A stretch of DNA of 64,000 bases from Chiloscyllium plagiosum (taxonomy: Eukaryota): contig NC_057718.1 of the NCBI RefSeq assembly GCF_004010195.1, positions 84,479,446-84,543,445 of the forward strand, given 5' to 3'. Made by a program: the position numbers and the translations under genes. A model generated the notes under the pieces. That model had not been told where the DNA came from. It saw only the letters and a list, made by a program, of their open reading frames with translations, and ran no database searches. Positions 63,455-64,000 of this stretch are shown in pieces (position 1 is the stretch's first letter; the number at the start of each line of letters is the position of its first letter).

Positions 63455-63716
63455 AAGGGGAAAGACTTAAAAGGGGCAGATTTTTCTTGCAGATGGTGGC
63501 GTGTGTATGGAATGAGCTGCCAGAGAAAGTGGTGGAGGCTGGTACAATTACAATGTTTAAAAGGCATCTGAATGGGTATATGCCTAGGAAGGGTTTAGAG
63601 GGATATGGACCAAATGCTGGCCAATGGGACTAGATTAGCTTAGGATATCTGGTCTGCATGGATGAGTTGGACCAAAGGGTCTGATTCCATGCTGTGTGGC
63701 TCTCTGACTCTATGAT
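63455..63716 (+). mobile_element. CR1 LINE 3' end
   Basis: FFLQMVACVWNELPEKVVEAGTITMFKRHL followed by the CR1 tail. Confidence 0.85.
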
Positions 63717-64000
63717 TGTAATTTACCTCAATATCTGTCAACGCAAAAGGCATAGTGGGGCTGAGATGCTGTGAACACCCAAGCAAGCGCTAAGTGGATG
63801 GTTCCAAAGAAAGCAAGCAAAGAGCCTTGAGGTGCACCCTATTCCAATATATGAGGGAAGTGTTGTCCCTGTACACAACACAGCCTAGCAGTAGCATTAC
63901 AATGAAAGGTGAGTCACAAGTGAATCCACAAAGCGGTCATTCTCGTGCTTTGCTGAGGCTGGTCTCCAAAGATACAGTTTACAGGTGGTCACTGCCCATG

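Overview
Repeat-dense eukaryotic genomic DNA, most likely a shark/elasmobranch (inferred from HE1-type tRNA-derived SINEs, CR1/HER1 LINE tails and DeuSINE-like repeats). The only confidently supported host gene is a + strand, multi-exon stum/SPEC3-family membrane-protein gene (coding exons 3583-3934, 16659-16856, probably 28902-28999) with an N-terminal extension relative to human STUM. Most of the rest is decayed transposable elements: CR1, L2, Rex1/Babar and Tx1 LINE fragments, HE1 and DeuSINE-like SINEs, two Gypsy relics, several solo LTRs, a GTF2IRD2/SPIN-type hAT relic, a pogo/Tigger relic and MITEs. The most striking feature is a high density of Penelope-like element (PLE) derivatives. 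Several are short fold-back insertions bounded by 13-16 bp target-site duplications, and many carry minimal type I hammerhead ribozyme motifs from at least three sequence families. The window also has a recent 586-bp near-identical duplication ending exactly at a SINE tail, a local inverted duplication at the right end, and a weakly supported chain of small exons of an unidentified minus-strand gene. Nearly all ORFs in the supplied track are repeat-derived or spurious. TE family names are from remembered motif similarity, not from a database search, and TE boundaries are approximate unless a TSD is quoted.
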